From positions 3,367 to 67,366 of the forward strand of contig CAVYQB010000012.1 of NCBI GenBank assembly GCA_963770465.1: a stretch of 64,000 nt of DNA, in the 5' to 3' direction. Origin of the DNA: an uncultured Acidobacteriota bacterium (GTDB taxonomy: Bacteria > Acidobacteriota > Terriglobia > Terriglobales > Acidobacteriaceae). This document shows positions 47,350-56,089 of the stretch, one piece after another (the stretch's first letter is position 1; every line of letters begins with the position of its first letter). Made by a program: the position numbers and the translations under genes. The notes under the pieces were generated by a model, which searched no databases, was not told where the DNA came from, and worked only from the letters and a program-made list of their open reading frames with translations.

Positions 47350-47983
47350 CCGGCTTCGTCATTCTCTTCGTGTGACTTTGTGTCCGGAGCCTGCCCTGAG
47401 CGGAGTCGAAGGGTGGTTTCGCTTCTTCGATTTCCGCCCGCAGAGTTTGCAAACCTCGGAATTGCAACTGCTTCACCGCACCTTCAGTTCGTCCCAACGC
47501 CTCCGCTATTTCGCGGATGCTTTTCTCCTCGGCAAATCGCATCGCAATCACCCGCCGCTGATCTTCAGGAAGCTGCTCGACCAAACGAAACAACCGCGCC
47601 CGTCGCTCCACGTCCTCGAGATCGGCGAGGACACTCGCGTTTTCTGCCAGCTCCGGAGGATCAGCCACCACCAATTCTCTTCCCCCACGTTGCGCCTTAT
47701 CCGCAATTGCATTGGCCGCAATCTTGAACAGCCACGACGCAAAAGGCGCGCCTCGCCATTCGAAACGACGAAGGTTGGCAAGCGCCCTGTGAAATACCTC
47801 AGAAGTCAAATCCTCCGCGGCATCGCGATCGCCCACCCGCCCGGCGATAAATGCATAGACGCGTTCAAAATTGATCTCGTACAGTTCAGCAAAGCGGGAG
47901 GCATCCTTCTGCGCAGCCTCAACCAGCAGGCGTTCCTCTGCCTGCTCCGGGGACCGCTTCGATGCCGGTGCTCGAAGGACCAT
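47333..47983 (-). CDS. ECF-type RNA polymerase sigma-70 family factor
   Basis: Region 2 (FERVYAFIAGRVGDRDAAEDLTSEVF) and region 4 (LPEDQRRVIAMRFAEEKSIREIAEALGRTEGAVKQL). Confidence 0.88.
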   Translation of the reverse strand: MVLRAPASKRSPEQAEERLLVEAAQKDASRFAELYEINFERVYAFIAGRVGDRDAAEDLTSEVFHRALANLRRFEWRGAPFASWLFKIAANAIADKAQRGGRELVVADPPELAENASVLADLEDVERRARLFRLVEQLPEDQRRVIAMRFAEEKSIREIAEALGRTEGAVKQLQFRGLQTLRAEIEEAKPPFDSAQGRLRTQSHTKRMTKPVDKDA

Positions 47984-48036
47984 CGCGCCTCTAACTATAT
48001 AAACGATTGCGGGAAGGAAAGGTCACGCAGAATGAT

Positions 48037-48573
48037 TCATTGGACAGAATATCGCTCCGCGCCATGCCAGGCACTCAAGCGGGGAATCCAACGCGGAACA
48101 TTGGCGCGAAAGGCTTCATACTCCGCTCCAAAAGTCCGGCGCAACGTCGGCTCCTCGTAGAACACGACAAACAGGTGGGCAGCCAGCCACGGAATCAGGG
48201 CGTATTCCAGAACTCGCACGTCCCCAAACAGCAATCCCTGCCCGAGGATTACCGCAACGACCGCCAGGTACATGGGATTCCGTACATAGCAATAAAGCCC
48301 GCTGATCACCAGATGCCGCGTGGGGAAAATGGGCGCCGGCGTTCCTAAGCCTTTGAGTGCAAAACGGGCAAAAGAATCGAACAGCAAGGGAACGCCCGCC
48401 AGAATCAGCAAAACTCCCAGCCATCTAAAAGGAGAAAAATGCAGAAGCGGAGCGCGAATGTGCCAGCGAGAAATCCACCAAGGTACAAGTCCAGCCACGG
48501 TCCCCGGCGCAATCAGAAGGAAAAAGACCGTCCCCACAACCGCCGAGACTCGCCTGACCGCATCCGAACTCAA
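48037..48573 (-). CDS. isoprenylcysteine carboxyl methyltransferase (ICMT/PEMT) family membrane protein
   Basis: Multi-TM. RNPMYLAVVAVILGQGLLFG motif. TTG start overlaps the upstream stop (TTGA). Confidence 0.75.
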   Translation of the reverse strand: MSSDAVRRVSAVVGTVFFLLIAPGTVAGLVPWWISRWHIRAPLLHFSPFRWLGVLLILAGVPLLFDSFARFALKGLGTPAPIFPTRHLVISGLYCYVRNPMYLAVVAVILGQGLLFGDVRVLEYALIPWLAAHLFVVFYEEPTLRRTFGAEYEAFRANVPRWIPRLSAWHGAERYSVQ

Positions 48574-48944
48574 CGCGACGGAGCCTTGTCCGACTCCTCC
48601 ACCTTCCGAACGCTATATCTGGGCCCGGACAAGCAGGTCGCCTCGCCTGCCGGCTCGGTTGCCTCGGAACGAGGGCTTTCGCGTTTCACCAGGAAGGTAT
48701 GCATCGTAAAGCAAGTCACATCTCCATCCCGCGTATAGTCCGACTGAGGATATCGCAGGTCTGCTGCATCACCCGCAGTCACGTTGACAAAACCGTAGCG
48801 CTGGATTGCGGAAGGGCTGAGCCGATTTGTGTTCGATGAGCTTACCGCCGCTTGCGCTGACGAAAGCTGCCGCGCTGAATCGCTGGCCTCACAAACCGAA
48901 ACCAAACCCCACAACAAAATCACCAGGAGGCATGAAATCCGCAT
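48570..48944 (-). CDS. secreted hypothetical protein
   Basis: ATG 48944 with GGAGG SD. Signal peptide MRISCLLVILLWGLVSVCEA. Confidence 0.55.
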   Translation of the reverse strand: MRISCLLVILLWGLVSVCEASDSARQLSSAQAAVSSSNTNRLSPSAIQRYGFVNVTAGDAADLRYPQSDYTRDGDVTCFTMHTFLVKRESPRSEATEPAGEATCLSGPRYSVRKVEESDKAPSR

Positions 48945-49196
48945 AAGGTAACCTCCGATAAGCCGAATTATAGCGCCAACGGTCAGCAAGGTGGGGTAAA
49001 TCCAAGTGGATAAAGTAAAAGCGGAACCCCTACACACTGGATGGGGAGAGCTTAAATGCGGGGCCCCGCTTCTTGGAGCGATACTTTTTTACACCCACGG
49101 CAGATCAGAACAACAAATAATTGATTGTTGTTCCATTTTCAGAACAGCTTTGTTTTTCAGAGCTAAGGGCTGGCTAACAGGAAGGCAAAGCCTGAC

Positions 49197-50162
49197 TCAA
49201 GCAAGACGCTCCAAAAAGTTTTGCAACTCTTGCGGGATCGGCCGGGCAAATGACAGCGCTTCACCACTCCGAGGATGCTGCAACTGCAACTCAGCAGCGT
49301 GCAGAAAATTTCTGGGAAGAGAAATCGTGGCGAGGTTTTTCGCGGTCAGTTCGCGGGGGGCGCCGTAGAGCGTATCCCCGACAACCGGATGCCGAAGCGA
49401 AGCCAGATGCACCCTGATCTGATGGGTTCGCCCAGTGTCAATCCGTAATTCCAACAAAGTGAATTTTCCATATGTCGAACTGATTCGTTGTTGCGTTGTG
49501 TAGTGCGTAATGGCTTCGCGGCCCCCAGTGCGTTGCGTGGTCATTCTTGTTCGCCGTACGCGGTCGCGGCTGATGCTGCTGCTGATGGTTCCGCGGTCGA
49601 ACTTTACCCAACCATGCACCAAGGCAATATATTTTTTCTTGACCATGCGGCGGGCGAACTGCGCCGCCAGTTTGCGATGCGCCTCGTCGTTTTTTGCAAC
49701 CACGATCAGCCCACTCGTGGCTTTATCCAAACGATGCACGATGCCGGGACGCAACTCCCCGCCGACGCCTGACAGTTGCCCGAACCGGTGCAGCAGCGCA
49801 TTCACCAGCGTACCCCGATTGCGCTCACTTTCAGTTGCACCCGCCCCAGCATGCACCATCATGCCCGCGGCTTTGTTAATTACCGCCAAGTCGTCATCCT
49901 CGTAGACGATGTCAAGCGGAATATTCTCAGCTATCGCACGCAAAGGTGGCAGCTTCACTTCTGCAAGAATGGATATCCGTTCGCCGCCGCGCAGTCGCAA
50001 CGAGGCTTTGGATGCGCCGTCGTTAACCAGCACCTTTTTTTCGTCGATTAATTGCTGGACTCGAGCGCGACTGATGTCAGGAATCTGGCTAACGAGGAAT
50101 TGGTCCAGGCGCTTCCCAGCGTCTACAGGCGATGCGATGAAATGTTTGGGGAACGTCTTCAC
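49197..50162 (-). CDS. rluD: RluA-family 23S rRNA pseudouridine synthase (RluD-like)
   Basis: S4 domain N-terminus, catalytic HRLDKATSGLIVVAK. Confidence 0.9.
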   Translation of the reverse strand: MKTFPKHFIASPVDAGKRLDQFLVSQIPDISRARVQQLIDEKKVLVNDGASKASLRLRGGERISILAEVKLPPLRAIAENIPLDIVYEDDDLAVINKAAGMMVHAGAGATESERNRGTLVNALLHRFGQLSGVGGELRPGIVHRLDKATSGLIVVAKNDEAHRKLAAQFARRMVKKKYIALVHGWVKFDRGTISSSISRDRVRRTRMTTQRTGGREAITHYTTQQRISSTYGKFTLLELRIDTGRTHQIRVHLASLRHPVVGDTLYGAPRELTAKNLATISLPRNFLHAAELQLQHPRSGEALSFARPIPQELQNFLERLA

Positions 50163-50270
50163 AGGGGCGAAGTAATCCGCGTCAAGAATACCGCGACCGT
50201 CAACACCACGAAGACAAAAACGAATAACTAGGTTGTTCTCTGTGTCTCTGTGTCTCTGTGGTGAAAAAAA

Positions 50271-51074
50271 CTACCGCGCAGCGTGCGCTGGCAGAGCCTT
50301 CATCCCCGGGCGCAGCCACCAGATCAGGCCGCCAAGGATGACCAGCCCAATCGATATCAACTGGGTTCCGCTCATGATTCCGCCGAATACGGAACCGCGT
50401 CCTGGATCGTCGCGAAGGAACTCAAGAAAATAGCGGGCCACGCCGTAGAGGAAGAAGTAAGCCGCAACTACTTGTCCGTCGAATTTCTTGTGCTTTAGCA
50501 ACCACATCAAAATGAAAAAATTCGCCAACTCGACGGCCGCCTCAAAAAGTTGCGTCGGCTCCAGCGGAACTCCCAGCGGCGTACCCACCCAGGCTTGGGC
50601 GATGGGATTAGTAAACGTCACACCCCAGAAGTGCCCGGTCGGTTTGCCATAGCAACAGCCGGCGGCAAAACAGCCCACGCGTCCGAGCGCGTGTCCAAAG
50701 GCCAAACCCGGGGCGAACGCATCGCACGTTGCAAGCGCAGGCATGTGCTGCTTGCGGACGTACCACGCCGCAGCCAAAAATCCTGCAATTAGGCCTCCTG
50801 AGAAAACTCCGCCCGCCTGCAAAGTACCGAAGCTGAAAATTTCGCCCACATGGGCGCGGTAGTAGCCCCAGTCATAGGCAATGTAAAGAATTTTTGCGCC
50901 CAGAATTCCGCAGAGAACGACGAGGATTCCCAGATTCCATGCGTCGTCGCCGTTGATTCCCTGCTTCTCCGAATTGCGCACGCTGATCCACAATCCGATC
51001 AGCACGCCTAAGGAGACGAGCAGTCCGTAGGTGGGCAAACTGAAGTTGCCAATATGGAAGAGTCTAGGAAGCAC
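50271..51074 (-). CDS. lgt: prolipoprotein diacylglyceryl transferase
   Basis: YGLLVSLGVLIG..., GRVGCFAAGCCYGKPT. Confidence 0.93.
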   Translation of the reverse strand: MLPRLFHIGNFSLPTYGLLVSLGVLIGLWISVRNSEKQGINGDDAWNLGILVVLCGILGAKILYIAYDWGYYRAHVGEIFSFGTLQAGGVFSGGLIAGFLAAAWYVRKQHMPALATCDAFAPGLAFGHALGRVGCFAAGCCYGKPTGHFWGVTFTNPIAQAWVGTPLGVPLEPTQLFEAAVELANFFILMWLLKHKKFDGQVVAAYFFLYGVARYFLEFLRDDPGRGSVFGGIMSGTQLISIGLVILGGLIWWLRPGMKALPAHAAR

Positions 51075-51124
51075 TGTTTGTTAGATGCAAAGCACTGAGA
51101 ATTCGTCGCCGCCAGTGTAGCAGG

Positions 51125-51342
51125 GGAACAGCAGAAGAGAAAGCAAGCCGACCCACCTAGCCGTGTGTTGGGCCGAGAATGAACCCGTCGGTAGACGTTG
51201 GGAACCCGCCGCGACCCTTTAGGCATCTCCGCATGGCGGAGCATCGCACACCGGATCTACTTGTACGAGTCAGGCCCCCGTTCATTCGGTGTTGGTTCAA
51301 AAATCGGTTACCACCATCACCAACTTCGCAGGTCGGCTTTCA
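51125..51342 (-). ncRNA. candidate ~200-nt structured sRNA (family unknown)
   Basis: Promoter-like TTGCTA-17-TAGGAT (51349-51377, minus). 9-bp end-closing helix 51331-39/51145-53, nested 8-bp helix 51280-87/51177-84, apical hairpin 51227-41, U-rich tail gcuuucucuucu. No coding potential. Confidence 0.3.
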
Positions 51343-51439
51343 CTCCGAATCCTAGGGAAATCCCGCTGACTTAGCAAGGGGCAGTGCACAAATAGTTGGC
51401 ACTCGGTTTGCCAGCAACTTTCGTGCTTACTCGTCCTTT

Positions 51440-51799
51440 TCAGAGAAGTTTTGACGCTTGCGGACTTGGCAGCGCTGGATGCTCATTGCGCGCCTCTTCT
51501 TCGATGATCGCGTTGCGCTTGGATTTGCGATAGACGTTTACCACCGCGATCGTCCAGAACGGGACCAAATCCACTCCGGGCACAAGTTTGACGAGAAACG
51601 ACGGCAGAAATTCCCAGTGCCATCCCAGCAGGTGAACCAGCGCGGCCGCCACGCCAACATCCAGGATGTCATCGGCGGGCGAGAAACCACCTTCGGCGAA
51701 TAGGGGAAGAAATACGATTTGTAGCACGTCAGCTACAATGGCCAGCGCCATGGCGGCTTTAAATTGCGGACCTGGGGAGATTTCGATGTCGTCAGTCAT
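51440..51799 (-). CDS. small membrane protein, unknown function
   Basis: Three predicted hydrophobic helices in the translation. Confidence 0.55.
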   Translation of the reverse strand: MTDDIEISPGPQFKAAMALAIVADVLQIVFLPLFAEGGFSPADDILDVGVAAALVHLLGWHWEFLPSFLVKLVPGVDLVPFWTIAVVNVYRKSKRNAIIEEEARNEHPALPSPQASKLL

Positions 51800-51883
51800 G
51801 GCAATCCTGCTTCACTTATTCTAGCCGATTCCTCCTTGCCTTGAAGTCGAATTTCGTAGAGTGACCTTTCTCGGAGTCAGCTT

Positions 51884-52303
51884 CTAGCGTGCTCGCCGGC
51901 GCTTGGCGTTGTCGCGCAGCCAAGTCGCAAATGCAGTCTCGTCGAGCGTGCCTGCCGCAAGCTCAAAGACAGCCCGAGTGGCATCTTCCTCACTGGCGCT
52001 AAAGACAAAGCCGTGGAGTTCAAGAAACAGAACCCCAATCACGAAACCGGTCCGCTTGTTGCCATCGACAAAAGGATGGTTGCGAACGATGCCGGCCGCA
52101 TAAAGGGCGGACATTGCGACGATGTCGTGAGAGTCGGCATAGGCGTGATGTTGGCGGGGAGGCGCTAGAGCGGATTGCAGAAGTCCCCGGTCGCGCAATC
52201 CCGGCGCACCGCCGTGGATGGCTAAGAGGCGGTCATGGATCGCTATGACGTCACGTTCCTCAATCCAGAGCGGTTCTTTCTTAGCTTGACTGCGCGCTTT
52301 CAC
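51884..52303 (-). CDS. doc: type II toxin Doc (Fic/DOC family, death-on-curing)
   Basis: Fic motif HPFVDGNKRTG. Start overlaps the antitoxin stop (ATGA). Confidence 0.85.
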   Translation of the reverse strand: MKARSQAKKEPLWIEERDVIAIHDRLLAIHGGAPGLRDRGLLQSALAPPRQHHAYADSHDIVAMSALYAAGIVRNHPFVDGNKRTGFVIGVLFLELHGFVFSASEEDATRAVFELAAGTLDETAFATWLRDNAKRRRAR

Positions 52304-52527
52304 TTTGAGAGTGCGTGAAGTGTATTGCGGTAGCGAGCCATGATCTGTTCAGCCTTCGCCATTTTCTTCTCGAATGCGGGATCGTAAGGCGTAAGCCGGT
52401 AATCACCGTCTGCCGCCTCAATCAGAAAAAGCCGCTCTCCGTCTCGCGTGTGGAGACGGCCAATCACTTCCTTGGGAAGGACCACGCCGAGCGAATTACC
52501 GAATTTGCGGACCTTGAGTTCAACCAT
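52300..52527 (-). CDS. AbrB/MazE/SpoVT-fold antitoxin partnered with Doc
   Basis: MVELKVRKFGNSLGVVLPKEV is a swapped-hairpin motif. ATG 52527 has a GGAG SD. Confidence 0.8.
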   Translation of the reverse strand: MVELKVRKFGNSLGVVLPKEVIGRLHTRDGERLFLIEAADGDYRLTPYDPAFEKKMAKAEQIMARYRNTLHALSK

Positions 52528-52539
52528 AAGATCTCCGTA

Positions 52540-52553
52540 ATTACAATTGTAAT
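52540..52553. promoter_or_regulatory. 14-bp perfect palindrome ATTACAATTGTAAT, candidate operator of the Doc module
   Basis: Lies 13 nt upstream of the antitoxin start codon in the divergent intergenic region. Confidence 0.4.
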
Positions 52554-52642
52554 AACGTAAGCCCACGGGCGGCAAGTTACGAATATGTCCCGCCATGTCA
52601 TAGTTGATTGTTCGTGCCATTTGTCGCTATAATTAACGACAA

Positions 52643-53077
52643 ATGGCAAACGAACTGCGGTCGGTGGTACGGGAGCTAGGCGGAGAGCGCGCCCTGGGAC
52701 GGGCGATGATAAACGATCGGGACCTGCGAGAGGCAATTCGCGAAGGGTTTCCGCATGCAGTGCTTGAACAACTGATGCAGGCGGCGGGCTTGACCCTCAA
52801 AGAGCTGGCCGATGCGCTGGACCTCTCTTCTCGCAGCTTGCAGCGCCGTCGCCGCGGCCGGCTGGCACGATTTGAATCTGACCGGCTGTACCGGCTCGCC
52901 CGCCTTCTCGCGCTGGCGCGCGAAAGTCTGGGAGACGCCGCACGAGCAAGCCGATGGCTCAAGCGCGCGAATCGCACTTTGGGTGGAATTGCGCCGATCG
53001 CCGCGATCGATACCGAACTCGGGGCCCGCCAGGTGGAAAATCTGCTGGGTCGCATTGCGTATGGCGGCATCAGTTGA
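52643..53077 (+). CDS. Xre/MbcA/ParS-type antitoxin (DUF2384 toxin-binding domain)
   Basis: LSSRSLQRRRRGRLARFESDRLYRLARLLALA...WLKRANRTLGGIAPIAAIDTELGARQVENLLGRIAYG. Confidence 0.85.
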   Translation: MANELRSVVRELGGERALGRAMINDRDLREAIREGFPHAVLEQLMQAAGLTLKELADALDLSSRSLQRRRRGRLARFESDRLYRLARLLALARESLGDAARASRWLKRANRTLGGIAPIAAIDTELGARQVENLLGRIAYGGIS

Positions 53078-53562
53078 CGCGAGTCTTCCGCGTGCTGCGC
53101 GCGGCGTATGCCCGCGCTCCATTCGACGGTGAGGGAGCTTACCGGTACGGCGGGCGATGGTCAAGCCCCGGAACCCGACTTGCCTACGCCTCTGAACATC
53201 AGTCTCTCGCCATGCTGGAATACTTTGTTCATCTGGATCCGGAGGACCCACCGGACGACTTAGTGTTGGCCACCGCAGAGGTTTCTGAGAGCTTGCCTCG
53301 CGAACGTGTTGAAGCCAGTGGCCTGCCAGCTGATTGGCGGGAGACTCCCGCTCCGCCCAGGCTTGCCCACATCGGCGACGACTTCGTAAACAAGGCGAAA
53401 AACTGCGTGCTGCTCGTCCCTTCCGCCTTGGCTGTGAGCGAGAACAACTGGCTGATCAATCCGCAGCACCCCGAGTTCAAGCAGATAACAATTAATCGAG
53501 CAGAGCCACTCAGCTACGATCCGCGCATGTTTCGGAAGACCCCGCGCCGACGCAAGCATTGA
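53074..53562 (+). CDS. RES-domain toxin (MbcT/ParT-type NAD+-targeting family)
   Basis: R..YGGRWSSPG...YASEH..LAMLE (R-E-S residues). TTG 53074 overlaps the antitoxin stop (TTGA). Confidence 0.8.
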   Translation: MTRVFRVLRAAYARAPFDGEGAYRYGGRWSSPGTRLAYASEHQSLAMLEYFVHLDPEDPPDDLVLATAEVSESLPRERVEASGLPADWRETPAPPRLAHIGDDFVNKAKNCVLLVPSALAVSENNWLINPQHPEFKQITINRAEPLSYDPRMFRKTPRRRKH

Positions 53563-53564
53563 GG

Positions 53565-54230
53565 CTAGGCGCTGGCTGCTTCCTGATTTCCCAGCGGCAG
53601 GAAATATTGCGTTCCTTTGATCGGGGCGGAAACTTTTCGCAGCAGCTCTTGCAGGTCCTGGTTGCGCTCCACGAAATCAATCTCCGAGGTATTGACGATC
53701 AGCAGATCCGACGAGGTGTAATGAAAAAAGAAGTGTTCGTAGGCTTTGATTACTTCTTCGAGATATTCCTCGTTGATCGCCTTCTCTCCCGGCGCATTCT
53801 TTTTCTTCAGACGTTTTTTCAGCACCTCGGGAGTGGCCTGCAGATAGATCACCAGGTCGGGTGTGGGAAGTTGTTCGCGAAAGTGGTTGTAGTAGCGATT
53901 GTAGGTTTCGAGTTCCTGGTCGGTGAGATTGAGGCAAGCGAAGAGCTTGTCTTTTTCGAAGACGAAATCGGTGACCACGGATTTCTGCGATCGCGGTCCG
54001 AGGTCGAGGGCGCGAAGTTGCTCAAAGCGGCGAATCAGAAAAGCGAATTGCGCCTGAAATCCGGCGCCTCGCTCGCCATCGTAAAAGGCGCGAAGAAACG
54101 GATTGTCGTCGGCCTCCATGACGCGCTGCGCGTTGAGACGCTCAGCCAGAATCCGCGTCAGCGTGCTCTTTCCGACGCGTATAGGACCTTCCACGGCGAT
54201 GTAGCGGGGCAGTTCGAAAAGGTTGGCCAT
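53565..54230 (-). CDS. deoxynucleoside kinase
   Basis: P-loop EGPIRVGKST, ...FQAQFAFLIRRF, dNK-like length. Confidence 0.85.
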   Translation of the reverse strand: MANLFELPRYIAVEGPIRVGKSTLTRILAERLNAQRVMEADDNPFLRAFYDGERGAGFQAQFAFLIRRFEQLRALDLGPRSQKSVVTDFVFEKDKLFACLNLTDQELETYNRYYNHFREQLPTPDLVIYLQATPEVLKKRLKKKNAPGEKAINEEYLEEVIKAYEHFFFHYTSSDLLIVNTSEIDFVERNQDLQELLRKVSAPIKGTQYFLPLGNQEAASA

Positions 54231-54329
54231 GAGCTAGAGGACTCTGACTTCGAATGGCAGGATATCCCGCCTGAGCTTCGAACGCAATTGAGGGAAGAGT
54301 AACCCCTGTTTTCATCGCGGGCACTCAGC

Positions 54330-55097
54330 GTGCAGAAAAACAATTACAATCGCGGGAGAATGAGCAGTTTCGTCCTTGGCGCAGGTCTCACTGCGGCAGC
54401 TATCGCCGCGGGCTACCAGTGCATGGCGCCGCGTGGCCAGTGGTACGGACGAACGTTCACTGGGCTGCAGCCCGAGTCCAAACAACTGGCCCTGACGTAC
54501 GACGATGGTCCGAACGACCCGCACACTTTTCGTTTGCTGGAAGTGCTGGCCAAACACGATGTGAAGGCAACATTTTTTCTTATCGGCCGCTTTGTGAAAC
54601 AACGGCCAGACATTGCACGCGAGTTGATAAGCGCCGGACACGTGGTTGGCAATCACACTTTCAGCCATCCCAATCTGATCTTCGCAACCGCAGAGCAAAC
54701 CAAGACAGAATTGACCACCTGCGAGCAGGCGTTGAGTGATGCCGTCGGAGAACATTCGCGGCTGTTTCGTCCTCCGTTTGGCGGACGCCGGCCGAGTACT
54801 CTGCGTATTGCGCGGGCGCTTGGCTTGGAGCCGGTGATGTGGAGCGTCACCGGTTGGGACTGGAAAGGAAAACCTGCAGAGTACGTCGAGCGCAAAGTGA
54901 ACCAGCAAGTTCGCGGCGGCGACGTGATTCTGTTACACGACGGAAGCCATGCGGCGTTTGGCGCGGATCGCTCACAGAGCGTAATAGCAACTGACTGCCT
55001 GATTGCGCGATATCGATCTGAAGAGTACGAATTTTTGACCGTCCCGGAGATGATGGCAAAGCGGGCTGTCAGCTCTCAGCTTTCAGCTCTCGGCTAA
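54330..55097 (+). CDS. polysaccharide deacetylase (CE4/NodB) family protein
   Basis: TYDDGP, ATFFLIG, GNHTFSHP motifs. Confidence 0.88.
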   Translation: MQKNNYNRGRMSSFVLGAGLTAAAIAAGYQCMAPRGQWYGRTFTGLQPESKQLALTYDDGPNDPHTFRLLEVLAKHDVKATFFLIGRFVKQRPDIARELISAGHVVGNHTFSHPNLIFATAEQTKTELTTCEQALSDAVGEHSRLFRPPFGGRRPSTLRIARALGLEPVMWSVTGWDWKGKPAEYVERKVNQQVRGGDVILLHDGSHAAFGADRSQSVIATDCLIARYRSEEYEFLTVPEMMAKRAVSSQLSALG

Positions 55098-55146
55098 CGC
55101 CGCGGCGCTGCGCGCCTGACCGGGTCTGAGACCCCGTCCCACACAA

Positions 55147-55806
55147 CTACTCGAATTGTTTTCGAAAAGTGGCGAGTTGTTGTTTCAAGTCAGCCAGTTC
55201 TTTTCGAACATTGGCAACTTCGTCTTCTAATCGCGCGATGCGATCGCCGTCAGCTGCGCTTTTTGGAACAGACGAGTGCATCGAGGCAACATCTGATGTG
55301 GCGTCTTCAACATCACCGGAAAGCAAATGCTTGTAGCGCGACTCTTTGGTCCCCGGCTGTCTCGGAAGAACTCTTACCAAAGCGGGATCGCGCTGCATCA
55401 GGCGCTGCAAGCTGGATTGCACCTCGGTCAAGTCTTCGAAATGATGCATGCGGTCGGTGCGTCCGCGAAGTTCGCCGGGAGTCTGCGGACCTCGCAACAG
55501 CAGCACGCAGAGAATCGCGGTTTCGCCGCGCGTAAAATTGAAGACTTCCTGCAGGCGATGTTCGTATTTGGTGACGCGGCTGTCGGCGCTGCTGGTCGGG
55601 CCGGCGAGCCGTTTAGCCTGGAGGGTGTCCAGCGCCTGCCGGACCGGGTCTTCGTCCAGATTCATTACTGGATCGCGATTGTTTTTCTGGTTGCACGCGT
55701 TGACCAGCGCGTTCAGCGAAAGAGGATAGTAATCCGGCGTAGTGACATCTTTTTCAACCAGTGAACCGAGCACCCTGGCTTCGACTTCATTCAGAACTAT
55801 ATCCAT
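55147..55806 (-). CDS. yceH: YceH/UPF0502 (DUF480) family protein
   Basis: EARVLGSLVEKDVTTPDYYPLSLNALVNACNQKNNRDPVM. Confidence 0.85.
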   Translation of the reverse strand: MDIVLNEVEARVLGSLVEKDVTTPDYYPLSLNALVNACNQKNNRDPVMNLDEDPVRQALDTLQAKRLAGPTSSADSRVTKYEHRLQEVFNFTRGETAILCVLLLRGPQTPGELRGRTDRMHHFEDLTEVQSSLQRLMQRDPALVRVLPRQPGTKESRYKHLLSGDVEDATSDVASMHSSVPKSAADGDRIARLEDEVANVRKELADLKQQLATFRKQFE

Positions 55807-56089
55807 TGCGAATCCTTCGCGGCAGACCGGGACCTAGAGATTGTACAGAGAGTGCGGGTATTCGAGGTCGCAGCGGCGAGTCGAGCTTCGCTCGACCTGG
55901 GCGGACGAGGCGTCCGCCCCTGCGTGAGTCAACATTCGGGCGCCCGCGCCACGCACCTCGAATAGATTCCTTTAATCTCTGTCATAAGCTTTTTTGATTG
56001 GCAGCAAGTGCTGCTCCGCGATACCCTACCAAGTTCTGATCATCCCCTGAAAACACATCAGAGTTTTCACGAAACTCATAAGGAGATTC

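Noticed and set aside
50237-50260. TCTCTGTG x3 microsatellite between rluD and lgt.
   Set aside because: It is short and intergenic with no obvious function. It is probably a fragment of the CTCTGYG-rich repeat family, so I note it only in passing.
51095-51100. CTGAGA box suggesting a TPP riboswitch upstream of lgt.
   Set aside because: No accompanying ACCTGATCTGGATAATGCCAGCG-like pyrimidine-sensing helix is present.
55999-56015. sigma54-type promoter (TGGCAG...GCTGC) upstream of glutamine synthetase.
   Set aside because: The GG-to-GC spacing is 8 or 11 nt instead of the canonical 10.
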